Of a DNA stretch of 32,000 nt, positions 8,679-18,535 are shown one piece after another. Source of the DNA: Telmatocola sphagniphila (lineage in GTDB: Bacteria > Planctomycetota > Planctomycetia > Gemmatales > Gemmataceae); contig NZ_CP074694.1 of NCBI RefSeq assembly GCF_018398935.1, positions 4,500,001 to 4,532,000 on the forward strand, given 5' to 3'. The notes under the pieces were generated by a model, which saw only the letters and a program-made list of their open reading frames with translations, was not told the origin of the DNA and made no database searches. The position numbers were made by a program, and so were the translations under genes. Each line of letters begins with the position of its first letter. The first letter of the stretch is position 1.

Positions 8679-8873
8679 GACCCGCCCTTAATTTTCCCCG
8701 AGATCGAGTAAATTCAATAACGGAAATTCTGGGGCTGTCAATTCGAGGTGAAATGAAGCTGCGCAGCCGATCCAAATTGCCGCAACGCATGAATGTTGCG
8801 AATTCGGATGAAACAATCGCCGTTCGACTTTTGAATGGATACGACTCGATTTGCCGGAACCAAATTGGTTCCG

Positions 8874-10061
8874 TCATTTGGGATCCATGACGCAGCGAAA
8901 GCCAACGTGATTGGTACCGGTCGAAACTTCCCCCTTACCACGCGTCCCGAGCAAATATCGACTGCAGTATTGCTCGGTACAGAGAAATGAGCCGCCGCGA
9001 TGAACTCGTTTGGGTTGTCCCGGCTCAGCTGGGTCCAGACTGCTCTCGGGTCCGTGGGGGTTTTTCGCCACCCCGCCCTGCTTGGCGAGATCCGAATAGT
9101 AGTCGGGTCGATACCAATCTGAGCACCACTGCCAGACGTTACCGGCCATGTCGTAAAGGCCGTATGCGTTTGGAGGAAAACTGGCGACAGGAGCGATGCC
9201 GGCGAATCCGTCTTCCCCGGTATCTTTAATGGGAAACTTTCCCTGGAAAGTGTTGGCCATGCTTTTCCCGTTGGGCTTGAACTCATCCCCCCAGAAGAAA
9301 CGCTTACCGGCCTGCCCTCCCCGAGCGGCAAATTCCCATTCCGCTTCGGTCGGCAATCTTTTACCCGCCCACTTGCAGTAAGCTTGGGCATCGGCATAAG
9401 CGATATGCACGACCGGATATTTTTCTTTGCCAACCAGATTACTATCGGGCCCCGTCGGATGTTGCCAGTTGGCCCCCTTCACATAGTTCCACCATTGAAA
9501 ATGATTATCTAATTCCACGGGTTCCGCGGGTGGCGAGAAAACCACCGACCCGGCCTTCAGGTTCTCCGGCGGAGCATCCGGAAAATCTTCCTTTCGCGGA
9601 GGAATCTCGGCAGTGGTTTTATAATTGGTCGCTTTTACGAAGGCGGCAAATTCTTCATTTGTGACTACGTGGGTATCCATCCAGAATCCATCGACATAAA
9701 CGCGATGAATGGGGCGGGTGTCGTTCATGGGATCTTTCCCGCCCGCCTCGGTATTGCGGGGATCGGCACAACCCATCGAAAACTCTCCACCCGGTATCCA
9801 GACCATTCCTGCCGGCGCCGGTTTCGGTGCGGGCTTCGAATTCTCCTGCGTAGCTTGAAATTCCTCCGCGTTCGTCGTTGCGGTGGGAACCTCAGAGAGT
9901 TCCTTGGCAACCGTTACGATTTTTTTGACGGATGAACTGAACAGCTTGACGCCGCCCCAAGTTAATAACGTGGCGGCGACGAACAAAGCGATCATCCAGA
10001 TCCAGGAAGTGGGAGACGCCTGAATATTTGCAGGAAGAGGATTCTGGGATGAAGATTTCAT
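8874..10061 (-). CDS. Formylglycine-generating enzyme (SUMF1/FGE-sulfatase domain) family protein, membrane-anchored
   Basis: RPIHRVYVDGFWMDTHVVTNEEFAAFV, AQAYCKWAGKRLPTEAEWEFAARGG, YGLYDMAGNVWQWCSDWY and RVHRGGSFLC...GFRCV are the hallmark FGE-domain motifs. An N-terminal TM helix is present. Confidence 0.85.
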   Translation of the reverse strand: MKSSSQNPLPANIQASPTSWIWMIALFVAATLLTWGGVKLFSSSVKKIVTVAKELSEVPTATTNAEEFQATQENSKPAPKPAPAGMVWIPGGEFSMGCADPRNTEAGGKDPMNDTRPIHRVYVDGFWMDTHVVTNEEFAAFVKATNYKTTAEIPPRKEDFPDAPPENLKAGSVVFSPPAEPVELDNHFQWWNYVKGANWQHPTGPDSNLVGKEKYPVVHIAYADAQAYCKWAGKRLPTEAEWEFAARGGQAGKRFFWGDEFKPNGKSMANTFQGKFPIKDTGEDGFAGIAPVASFPPNAYGLYDMAGNVWQWCSDWYRPDYYSDLAKQGGVAKNPHGPESSLDPAEPGQPKRVHRGGSFLCTEQYCSRYLLGTRGKGEVSTGTNHVGFRCVMDPK

Positions 10062-10193
10062 GGTGATAGCTGTTCGGCAGTGGAAACATCTGGGCTCTAA
10101 GAGAAATTATGCAAGTCCGGCAGGACAAGGACAGGAAAAACCGATTGGAAGGGTGGAACGATTTGATGGAATCTGGAAATGAAATGCGTAAGA

Positions 10194-10215
10194 CCCCGAT
10201 GAATTGGCATCGGGG
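10194..10215 (-). terminator. Hairpin just downstream of the OprB-like porin gene
   Basis: Perfect 8-bp stem CCCCGATG / CATCGGGG with a 6-nt loop, 13 nt after the stop. Only a weak T-rich tail follows on the minus strand. Confidence 0.35.
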
Positions 10216-10227
10216 CCTTAGAAGAAA

Positions 10228-11721
10228 TTAAAAGTCGAGTTTGGCCCGCAAGCCGATGACACAGGCCGCTTCTTGCTTGCTCTGCGTCGGCAGTACCAAC
10301 TGCACATCAGGAGTGAGGTGGAACCAGGGAGTTACGGCGCAGTTGTAAAACAATTCAAAACCCTGTTCATCTCGAACATTCAAGCCTGCTAGAGCCAGGG
10401 TTCCTTTGATCGGCCCACTCAAACCGAGGTAGAAGTAACCCAATCCGAAGGTGTCCTTCGTCGCATAAGGATTCGAACCGGAGATTCCAAAATTAAAGAA
10501 GTTATTGAGGGGACTGGGATTACCATCGGCAACACCCCCTTCACTGAAGATCCCCCAGGCGTTTTTCGGATCTTCGCACGATGTCCAAAGAGTTTGGCTG
10601 GCTTTGTAGAACACCGACCAGGAGCCGGTTTCTCGACCCAGTACCGGAATCGCACGATTCAGTTGGGGGAAGAGAAGATACGAATCGAAATCGAGCGAGG
10701 TATAAGTTCTCGTGCTGTAGACGCCACCGATCGAGACGCTCCCCGGTTTTTCAAAAGGGAGAGGTAAGCCTCCCTCGGCCACGATCACGGCTCCCTTGCT
10801 GAACAGATTGTTGACAGCCGAATCGGTGGCATGGTCCACGGCATCGAATACCGAAATGGCCGCGGCAGGTTGATGATCGACCAGGAACACTACGCCGGTC
10901 CCAAAAGTGGAATAGGGAACAGCCCGAAGCGCTGTGGCATTGAAGGTCAAACCACCGCTCATGAAGTTATCGATGCCGATACCGCCGCCGAAGGTCAATT
11001 TGTCTTCGTCGAGAGTATTAATCTTTCCAGCATAGACCGCCAGGTTTTCGCTGAGCCCCTGGGTCACTTTCAAAGAGGTGATGGCCGTCAAGTTTCCATC
11101 GCCGGGAAACTTCGAAGCCAGGTTGACGGGTAACAGGGCGCCCGATGCTTTGTTGACATCTTCGCCGTAACGCGTTTCCGCGTGCATATTGATAAACAGG
11201 CCTTCCCAAAGTCCGGCCTTCTGACCATCGATATCGACGTAGTAGTTCAGCTTGCCGCCGTACTCGAACTGATTGGTTTTACCGCCCGAGGCCACACCTT
11301 GATAAAACTGGGTCAAATCGCCTCGAAAAATAAAGCCATTTTGCGCCAAAGAATCGCGGTAGCCGCCCCAATTTCCTGTCAGAGTCGACATGAAGGGAGA
11401 TACTTCTTCCTTCGCTTTCGGGTCGCTATCCAGGCAGGATTGCAGAGCCGGTTTGGGAGCGGCATCCCCCTGCGTCAACACTTCGATGGGAGTAGGATTG
11501 AGGACAGAATTTGTCGCTTTAGGCTCTTGTCCGTAGCTCAACGACGCACTCAGACCAGTAATCCCGGCCAGTGTCAATTTCCGAAGAGGAATCACTCTCC
11601 ACCCCTTTTCGCGATTAAACGATTTTACGTAAAAATGTGATCGTCTGAAGAGAAGAGTTACTCCATTTGAACCGATTGCACGGCCACTCCCGGATTCATC
11701 CGGGGGCCAGTTATTGGTCAT
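10228..11721 (-). CDS. Carbohydrate-selective porin, OprB family-like
   Basis: LTGNWGGYRDSLAQNGFIFRGDLTQFYQG matches the OprB-family N-terminal signature (L.GdWGG.R..L...G). The body is a beta-barrel-like sequence ending ...LRAKLDF. The true start is probably internal, for example GTG at 11595 giving VIPLRKLTLAGITGLSASLSYGQ as signal peptide. Confidence 0.6.
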   Translation of the reverse strand: MTNNWPPDESGSGRAIGSNGVTLLFRRSHFYVKSFNREKGWRVIPLRKLTLAGITGLSASLSYGQEPKATNSVLNPTPIEVLTQGDAAPKPALQSCLDSDPKAKEEVSPFMSTLTGNWGGYRDSLAQNGFIFRGDLTQFYQGVASGGKTNQFEYGGKLNYYVDIDGQKAGLWEGLFINMHAETRYGEDVNKASGALLPVNLASKFPGDGNLTAITSLKVTQGLSENLAVYAGKINTLDEDKLTFGGGIGIDNFMSGGLTFNATALRAVPYSTFGTGVVFLVDHQPAAAISVFDAVDHATDSAVNNLFSKGAVIVAEGGLPLPFEKPGSVSIGGVYSTRTYTSLDFDSYLLFPQLNRAIPVLGRETGSWSVFYKASQTLWTSCEDPKNAWGIFSEGGVADGNPSPLNNFFNFGISGSNPYATKDTFGLGYFYLGLSGPIKGTLALAGLNVRDEQGFELFYNCAVTPWFHLTPDVQLVLPTQSKQEAACVIGLRAKLDF

Positions 11722-12029
11722 AATCCCGTTAATCGATACAGTTTATCAATCTTTCAACGAACGCGGACGCCTATTCGTCGGCTGGCGAGTCGATTGACGC
11801 TCCAGAGATCGGAACGATTCCTTCGGGATGTAAATTTTTCAATCGAACAGTCGGGGGGGAGAGAGTTCACTTCATCGAAAAACTTCTCCCGCTCCATCGA
11901 GAATCGAATTCAAATGGCGAAATTCGAGATCGATTCGTTTCCGGGCAATCGACGCCGGTGAAAAGTTTCAATTCGCAGGGGGGATTTCCCCTATGTTGAA
12001 CGGAAAGTAATTGATTCGAGGTACCCGCC

Positions 12030-13004
12030 ATGAAGCTGCTATTGAGTCTGCTCTATCTGATCGCCAGCGTGCTCGCGGGTAACACCCAGGAAAATCGACG
12101 GTCTCCATCGGAAACCGGCTGGGTCAAGTACGAAAAAAATCCTGTGCTGGGGGGCGACCTCGGGACCTGCTTCGATATCTCCGTTCTCAAAGACGGGGAT
12201 ACCTATCGGATGTGGTTTTCCTGGCGGCCCAAAAAAAGTATTGCCCTGGTAGAAAGCAAAGACGGGATCCAGTGGGGTAAACCGGAAATTGTTCTCGCCC
12301 CCAACGATAAAACCGATTGGGAAAGTGATCTGAACCGTCCAGTCGTGATAAAGCACGGCGACCTCTATCAAATGTGGTATACCGGTCAGGCCCGGAACAA
12401 GTCCTGGATCGGTTTCGCGACCAGTAAGGATGGCAAGCACTGGGAACATAAGAGCGACAAACCTGTACTATCGGCCGAACAAGCTTGGGAGAAAGTGGCG
12501 GTGATGTGCCCCCACGTAATTTATGACGATAAGGCAAAGGTCTATCGGATGTGGTATTCGGGCGGCGAGCAGTACGAACCGAATGCCATCGGCTACGCTA
12601 CCAGTCCGGAGGGTTTGAAATGGACCAAGCATTCGGACAATCCGATTTTCCAGCCCGATCCGAAGAAGAATTGGGAGAAAGAACGCGTCACTGCCTGTCA
12701 GGTGATTCGCGAGGGCGACTGGTATGTGATGTTCTACATAGGATTTCGTGACATCGAACATGCGCAAATCGGCGTCGCACGATCCCGGGATGGCATCACC
12801 AACTGGCAGCGCTATTCGGCAAACCCGATCATTCAGCCCAATAAGGACCAATGGGACCACGACGCCGTCTATAAACCTTACGCGATTTTCGACGGCAAAA
12901 AATGGCTGCTCTGGTACAACGGACGACATGGAGGCAAAGAACAGATCGGTCTGGCCATCCACGAAGGTCGGGATCTGGGTTTCGACAAAGTTCCGCCTAA
13001 GTAA
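12030..13004 (+). CDS. Secreted five-bladed beta-propeller glycosidase-like protein (GH43/GH130-like clan)
   Basis: Signal peptide MKLLLSLLYLIASVLAG. Blade motifs recur: YRMWFS, YQMWYTG, YRMWYSGG, WYVMFYIG, WLLWYNG, alternating with SKDGIQWGK, SKDGKHWEH, SPEGLKWTKH, SRDGITNWQ. Confidence 0.6.
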   Translation: MKLLLSLLYLIASVLAGNTQENRRSPSETGWVKYEKNPVLGGDLGTCFDISVLKDGDTYRMWFSWRPKKSIALVESKDGIQWGKPEIVLAPNDKTDWESDLNRPVVIKHGDLYQMWYTGQARNKSWIGFATSKDGKHWEHKSDKPVLSAEQAWEKVAVMCPHVIYDDKAKVYRMWYSGGEQYEPNAIGYATSPEGLKWTKHSDNPIFQPDPKKNWEKERVTACQVIREGDWYVMFYIGFRDIEHAQIGVARSRDGITNWQRYSANPIIQPNKDQWDHDAVYKPYAIFDGKKWLLWYNGRHGGKEQIGLAIHEGRDLGFDKVPPK

Positions 13005-13352
13005 GTGAGTCGCTCCCGGGGAGCTTCTCGGCTTTATTAAGTGCGCATTTTAAACAGTCGAAAAAAAGTTCGCAAAGATTTTTGTCGAACTCTTTTTATA
13101 TTCTGCTTCGCCAATCGTGGCGGGCAGCAACTGCGCATTTCTTAAGCATACTAAAGCTTGTTCGTACGTTTCATTTTTGGCCTTTTTCCTCATTAATTCC
13201 CGGCCTTTTAAGCACTTGCGTATTCCTCTTATTTAATTAGAAGTCTTATTGGCATAGTTGTTGCCTATATCTTCAACTCCTCTTCTTTTCTCAAGCGTTG
13301 GCTTGGGATCAAATAAACGACTTGACTGAGATTGTTCAATTAGGAGAGCCGA

Positions 13353-14234
13353 GTGTTTGGATATTTGATTGACATGGATGGGGTGATCTATCGCGGGAGC
13401 GAACTGATCCCAGGCGCGGATCGATTTATTCACAGCCTCCGGGAACAAAATATTCCTTTTCGATTTCTGACGAACAATAGCCAGCGCACGCGACTCGATG
13501 TGGCTACCAAGCTGCAGCGTATGGGAATCGAAGTCGAAGAAGAACATATCTTCACCTGTGCGATGTCCACCGCGCGATTCCTGGCCATGCAGAAGCCCAA
13601 CGGCACGGCCTTTGTAATCGGCGAAACCGGCCTGCTAACCGAATTGCACCACAATGGTTATGCCATCGTGGACAAGAACCCCGATTACGTCGTGGTTGGG
13701 GAAGGCCGCACTCTGAATTTTGAAATGGTGGAAGCGGCCGTCGGGATGATTTTGGCAGGTGCAAAATTGGTGGCCACGAATATGGATCCCAATTGCCCCA
13801 CGCAGACGGGCACCAGACCCGGTTGCGGCGCCATCGTTTCCATGCTCGAGACAGCCACAGGTGCGAAAGCTTTCAGCGTTGGCAAACCCAGTCCGATTAT
13901 GCTGCGTGCCGCCCGCAAAGAATTGGGACTGACGACCAGCCAGACCATCGTCATCGGCGATACCATGGAGACCGACATACTTGGCGGTGTGCAACTCGGT
14001 TTCAAAACTGTTCTGGTTCTCAGCGGCGGCACACGCCTGGAAGATTTGTCGCGCTACACGTACCGTCCGGACAAGGTCGTCGCGTCGATTGATGACCTGG
14101 AGCCCAACGAACTCCTGAGTGAGTTTTCGGAACCCTCCGTGATCTCTACGAGTAGTCCTTCACCGGCCATTCGCAATATCCCCTATGCGAAATCGGCTGC
14201 TCGAACGTCCAAACGGCGTCTGATCAGCCGTTAG
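13353..14234 (+). CDS. HAD-IIA family sugar-phosphate/nucleotide phosphatase (NagD-like)
   Basis: GYLIDMDGVIYRG (DxDG motif I), FLTNNS (motif II) and GKPSP...IGDTMETDILGG (motifs III/IV) are present. GTG start. A roughly 50-aa low-complexity C-terminal tail follows. Confidence 0.8.
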   Translation: MFGYLIDMDGVIYRGSELIPGADRFIHSLREQNIPFRFLTNNSQRTRLDVATKLQRMGIEVEEEHIFTCAMSTARFLAMQKPNGTAFVIGETGLLTELHHNGYAIVDKNPDYVVVGEGRTLNFEMVEAAVGMILAGAKLVATNMDPNCPTQTGTRPGCGAIVSMLETATGAKAFSVGKPSPIMLRAARKELGLTTSQTIVIGDTMETDILGGVQLGFKTVLVLSGGTRLEDLSRYTYRPDKVVASIDDLEPNELLSEFSEPSVISTSSPSPAIRNIPYAKSAARTSKRRLISR

Positions 14235-14249
14235 CAAATATTACTTGTA

Positions 14250-14295
14250 AAGCAAAAGGGGATCGGCTAATTGGAAGAGCAATCCCCTTTTGCTT
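14250..14295 (+). terminator. Strong hairpin downstream of the HAD gene
   Basis: Perfect 14-bp inverted repeat AAGCAAAAGGGGAT / ATCCCCTTTTGCTT with an 18-nt loop. The 3' arm is U-rich. Confidence 0.5.
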
Positions 14296-14451
14296 CACAC
14301 CCCTTTAACGACTCTGCTGATCAATCTTTAGCCACTCATTCACTTCAAAAAAATCGAATTGCTTCGGCTTCTATCGAGAACAATTGTAATTCGACAGAAG
14401 ACAAATTAGGATAGCTACACATTCGAAATTCAAATTGTATCTAAGCTCTTC

Positions 14452-15042
14452 ATGACTTCTCTGCAACAAGTTCCGATCAAGTCGGTGCCATCCAAACTGG
14501 GACGATTGAGTGCCGTCCGCGGTCCGGTTGTGGAAGTGGAATTCGCTGAAACGAACTTGCCCGCCATTTATGAATCTCTCCTGCTGGATGCGGATGGCCG
14601 GGAGGTGGTTCTGGAAGTTTCCCATCACATCAGTCTGACGGGGGCGCGAGCGATTGTACTGAGCCGTCCGGAAGGTATGGCCCGGGGCATGCCCGTTCGA
14701 AGAACCTATAGTCCGCTACAAGTCCCCGTCGGTCCGAACACGCTGGGTCGTTTGTTCAATGTCCTGGGCCAGTCACTCGATCAACTCCCGCCACCCGAAA
14801 CGCGGCGAATGCCGATCCATCGCTCCTCACCGCCACTGAGTTCCCAACGTAGAAAAATTGAATTTCTCACCACCGGTATCAAGGTCATAGATCTGCTCGC
14901 TCCGCTGGCGCGCGGCGGCAAAGCCGGATTGATTGGCGGAGCCGGGGTCGGCAAAACAATCCTGCTTCAAGAATTGATCCGCACCATCTCCGATCATCGC
15001 GACGGCGTGGCGGTTTTCGCAGGGGTCAGAGAGCAATCCTGA
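14452..15042 (+). pseudogene. atpD: ATP synthase F1 beta subunit, N-terminal about 190 residues only (truncated after Walker A)
   Basis: VRGPVVEVEF...LEVSHH...VPVGPNTLGRLFNVLG...IHRSSPPL...LTTGIKVIDLLAPLARGGKAGLIGGAGVGKTILLQELI...GVAVFAGV. The expected GERTREGND is then replaced by REQS* and gamma-subunit sequence. Confidence 0.85.
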
Positions 15043-15777
15043 CAGCCCGTCAGTACCGTGAGGTGGTTGTTCGCGCAATATCCGCCGCGGGGCCCAAGGT
15101 GAGGTTACTGGCTCAGGAAGTCGAAGCCGACAATAGCTTGGTAATCGTCCTGACCTCCGAACAGCCGCTTTGCGGCGGCTTTAATCATCTGGTGCTCGAT
15201 CGCACACGTTCTGCACAAAGAGCGAGCCGCTCATGCAAAAGTCGAACTTATCGTCGTTGGCCAGCGGGGCGGCCCTGTCATGACGGCCTGCGGATTAACT
15301 CCTCTGCGAATCGAAAGGGGACCGACTTCGCTGGCCGGGCTGAAAGAGGCCGTCAAGGGTTTGGCGAATTACATCGATCGCGAATATACTTCGGGAAAAG
15401 TCGCCGCGGTCGATCTCGTTTATACGCGCTATCAGTCGATTAGCGAATGCGTACCGACAATCATGCGATTGCTTCCAATTGAACCAGCGATTTTACCGGC
15501 CGTTCCTCCGGAAATGCAATTTCAAACGTACCTTTCCGACTCGCAATTGATAGCCGGTCTGGTGAGCCAATATGCCTACATCAGCTTCTTCCAGGCAGCC
15601 GCCGAATCGTATGCGTGCGAGCAGGCGAGTCGCTTGATCGCTATGGATGGCGCGACTCGAAATACCAGCCGGATCGTCGATGACCTGCTCAACAGCGAAC
15701 GACGGGAACGCCAGCACGAAATCACCGGGCAGATGCTGGAGATGATCGCCAGCCGAGTGAATTTGGTGGAGGAATGA
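15030..15777 (+). pseudogene. atpG: ATP synthase F1 gamma subunit lacking about 35 N-terminal residues, with an internal frameshift
   Basis: From 15030, frame 0 reads RAILTARQYREVVVRAI...SLVIVLTSEQPLCGGFNHLVLDR. The frame changes near 15195-15210 to ...HAKVELIVVGQRG...VDLVYTRYQS...EQASRLIAMDGATRNTSRIVDDLLNSERRERQHEITGQMLEMIA, the canonical gamma C-terminus. Confidence 0.75.
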
Positions 15778-15975
15778 GGAATCGTTGCCAGTTCAACGTT
15801 CGGTCAGGAGCTTCTTCTGGTCCGGCAAAAATGGCCAGCTCGATTAGGGTGTTTCAGGAGAGATCAAAGTTGCATAAATTCCGTAGAACCGTGATTGACC
15901 GGCCTCAATGAGCCGCTTATCATGCACCCTGATCGAATCCTGTAGTAACCTCTGTTACCCGAAAATGAGCATCTC

Positions 15976-16341
15976 ATGGAAAAAGTGCTAGGCGTCGGCG
16001 GGATTTTCTTCAAGGCACGCGATCCCAAAGCGCTGGCCAAATGGTATGCCGAACATTTGGGAGTCCCAGTGGCCGATGGTCAATCCTACGGGGCGTTTGC
16101 ATCCATCTCTGCGGACGAGCAGACGGTTTGGTCGACGTTCCCCGAGAACACGACTTACTTTGGCACGGGCCCAACTCCTTTCATGGTGAACTATCGCGTC
16201 CGCAATCTCGATGCGATGCTGGCCCAGCTGAAGGCCGCCGGGGTGCCGGTGGATGAAAAGGTACAGGATTACGATTTTGGCCGTTTCGGTTGGGCGACTG
16301 ATCCGGAAGGGAATCGGTTCGAACTCTGGGAACCGAAATAG
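15976..16341 (+). CDS. VOC/glyoxalase-family protein
   Basis: 121 aa. GIFFKARDPKALAKWYAEHLG...FGRFGWATDPEGNRFELWEP is typical of the glyoxalase/bleomycin-resistance fold. Confidence 0.75.
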   Translation: MEKVLGVGGIFFKARDPKALAKWYAEHLGVPVADGQSYGAFASISADEQTVWSTFPENTTYFGTGPTPFMVNYRVRNLDAMLAQLKAAGVPVDEKVQDYDFGRFGWATDPEGNRFELWEPK

Positions 16342-16479
16342 AGCGAAGCGATTCCCGGCGATAGCTAAGTTTAAAATGGATTTTCCCCGAACCTTATTTT
16401 CAAAATCAAATCGTCCCTAGGAGAATTACTCAAGGCATGGATTCGTTATAACTCCCATTTTAAATCCATTCCTAGAGGA

Positions 16480-16971
16480 GTGAGTGAGATGCTGTCGGGT
16501 GAAATGGCCCCCATGGGCAAGGCGGATCGCTTACTTCAGGGGGCCATTTACATTTTATTCTGCTCGCCGTTTCTCCTGATGGGCGGCGGAATGTTCTTAA
16601 CGGGTGTTTTCGCGCTGGGGCCGCGTAAAGACATGGCGGAACTCTGGATCTGTCTACCCGCGGGTCTCGCACTTTTATCTGTATTTGGGATAATACTCTA
16701 TTACGCCATTTGGCGTGTGCCTTCGTTAACCGTTCTTCGATTCGTCTTCGATGGGGACGAATTCGTTGCCCAGACGCCGAGCAAACATCTCGTCATCCGG
16801 GCTAAAGAAGCAATCCGAGAAATCCTTGAGGAGCGCGGACAGCGCGGCAGAGTTCTAATCGGCTGGTGGTTAAAAATTGAAAAACATGGCTGGATCCATT
16901 TGGAACGATCTCTCCCGAATGGCGAAGCATTGATCGATCAATTGAATTGTTTGCTTGGGAAGTCCGTGTGA
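16480..16971 (+). CDS. Hypothetical membrane protein (two predicted TM helices)
   Basis: 163-aa ORF with hydrophobic segments AIYILFCSPFLLMGGGMFLTGVFAL and LPAGLALLSVFGIILYYAIW. The start could be GTG 16480 or ATG 16489. No family recognised. Confidence 0.4.
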   Translation: MSEMLSGEMAPMGKADRLLQGAIYILFCSPFLLMGGGMFLTGVFALGPRKDMAELWICLPAGLALLSVFGIILYYAIWRVPSLTVLRFVFDGDEFVAQTPSKHLVIRAKEAIREILEERGQRGRVLIGWWLKIEKHGWIHLERSLPNGEALIDQLNCLLGKSV

Positions 16972-17125
16972 TTTAGCCTGTGGAATTTGTAACTGGGAAG
17001 CCAGAAGAGAACTTCTACTCAGGTTTTTGCGTGGCCCAAATATTTCTCTTTTTTCTCTTCAGATACACCGATAGGATTCGAGCCAACGTTATTCTGGATT
17101 AGCTTGTTACAAAGAGAAAGAAGCC

Positions 17126-17611
17126 ATGCATAAACCCGCCAAAAACACGATTTGTCTCTGGTACAACGGCGATGTGGAAGAGGCCGCGAAATTTTATGCC
17201 AAGACTTTTCCGGATTCAGCGGTAACGGCCGTGCATCGTGCACCGAGCGATTATCCGGCCGGGAAGAAGGGAGATGTTCTGACAGTCGAATTCACCGTCC
17301 TGGGTATTCCCTGTCTGGGCCTGAACGGCGGACCCGGCATCAATCATTCCGAGGCTTTCTCGTTCCAGATCTCCACGGAGAATCAGGAAGAAACAGATCG
17401 CTACTGGAATGCGATTGTCGGCAACGGTGGCCAGGAAAACGACTGTGGTTGGTGTAAAGACAAGTGGGGTCTCTGCTGGCAAATCACCCCGGCGGCATTG
17501 GTGCATGGCTACACGCATCCCGATGCTGCAGTTGCGAAGAGAGTATTTGAAGCCATGATGACGATGAAAAAAATCGATGTTGCCACTATCGAGGCTGCCA
17601 TAAAAGGGTGA
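17126..17611 (+). CDS. VOC-superfamily protein, PhnB-like / 3-demethylubiquinone-9 3-methyltransferase-domain type
   Basis: ICLWYNGDVEEAAKFYAKTFPDS...VLTVEFTVLGIPCLGLNGGP...SEAFSFQISTENQEETDRYWNAIVGNGGQENDCGWCKDKWGLCWQI matches this widespread family. Confidence 0.75.
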   Translation: MHKPAKNTICLWYNGDVEEAAKFYAKTFPDSAVTAVHRAPSDYPAGKKGDVLTVEFTVLGIPCLGLNGGPGINHSEAFSFQISTENQEETDRYWNAIVGNGGQENDCGWCKDKWGLCWQITPAALVHGYTHPDAAVAKRVFEAMMTMKKIDVATIEAAIKG

Positions 17612-17742
17612 AGCAAATCGTTACCCTTACCAGAGTAGGCAAATTAATCCAAATTCCCCTACTCACTCTCCGAATAGACAGGAGACTGTATATCAGCTGA
17701 TCCGCCGCAAGGTGGACTTTATCGAATAGCCAGGAGTCGCTT

Positions 17743-18333
17743 TTGGACATTGAAGATGCTCAGCGGGAGGTCAGATATCGATATTCGGGCGGCTTTTACG
17801 GCCAAGCGGTTTCCGGCATCCTTTGGTTGGCGTCCGCTAGCCTCGCATCCTTTGATGGTCCGCGCACGGCCATCGCGATGCTCGTCCTCGGCGGCTTCTT
17901 CATCTTTCCAATTACCGAGTTGCTTGTCCGTACGGTCGGCAACCGAATGAAACTCTCTACTCAAAATTCTTTGCCGCAACTGGGCATGCAGATCGCATTC
18001 ACGCTCCCCTTATCCATGACTCTTTTGTTCCCGGTCTGTTCTCATCAGTTGAACTTGTTCTACCCGGCCCTGATGATCCTGTTAGGAGCTCACTATCTGC
18101 CGTTCGCATTTCTTTATGGGCTAAGGATGTTCGCGGTGCTCGGCGCATTGCTTCTGGGTGCCGGTACTATCATTGCACTTTATTTCTCGACGAGTTTTAG
18201 TCTGGGAGGTTGGTATACTGGTGTCGTGTTATTGATCTTCGCGGTGATGGGGAAGTGGCTTGTAGAGGGGGAGAAGGATCCACTTCCTGTCGAACCGAGT
18301 ACGAAATCTGTTTCTGGCTTGATTGTGAAATGA
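17743..18333 (+). CDS. Hypothetical integral membrane protein
   Basis: 196-aa ORF (TTG start) with about 5 hydrophobic helices. The N-terminus is DIEDAQREVRYRYSGGFYGQAVSGILWLASA. Family uncertain. Confidence 0.45.
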   Translation: MDIEDAQREVRYRYSGGFYGQAVSGILWLASASLASFDGPRTAIAMLVLGGFFIFPITELLVRTVGNRMKLSTQNSLPQLGMQIAFTLPLSMTLLFPVCSHQLNLFYPALMILLGAHYLPFAFLYGLRMFAVLGALLLGAGTIIALYFSTSFSLGGWYTGVVLLIFAVMGKWLVEGEKDPLPVEPSTKSVSGLIVK

Positions 18334-18535
18334 TCTTTCAAAAGCGACGTTATGTCCTGTCAGGAATCACGATTGAGGCACGTTGATTATGGGAAATTCC
18401 TGTAGACAAGCCGCAATTTTTCGCGTTTGGATTTCCTGAAAAATCGAATGATGCTTACCCGTTACTTACCACAGCCCATTTCCTAAAAAAAGAACTCCCG
18501 AACTTGCATCCGGATCCGAGCCAGAGAATCGAAAA

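Noticed and set aside
8611-8877. 88-aa minus-strand ORF starting in an ATGA overlap with the FGE stop and overlapping the porin start
   Set aside because: Its composition is Arg/Ser-rich and random-looking, and it overlaps the porin N-terminus by about 68 nt in another frame. It has no domain resemblance. The 195-bp gap is more likely the porin promoter and 5' UTR.
15063-15443. 126-aa ORF as an independent gene
   Set aside because: Its first half is the gamma-subunit LCGGFN region. Its second half is out-of-frame read-through after the internal frameshift. It is part of the atpG pseudogene.
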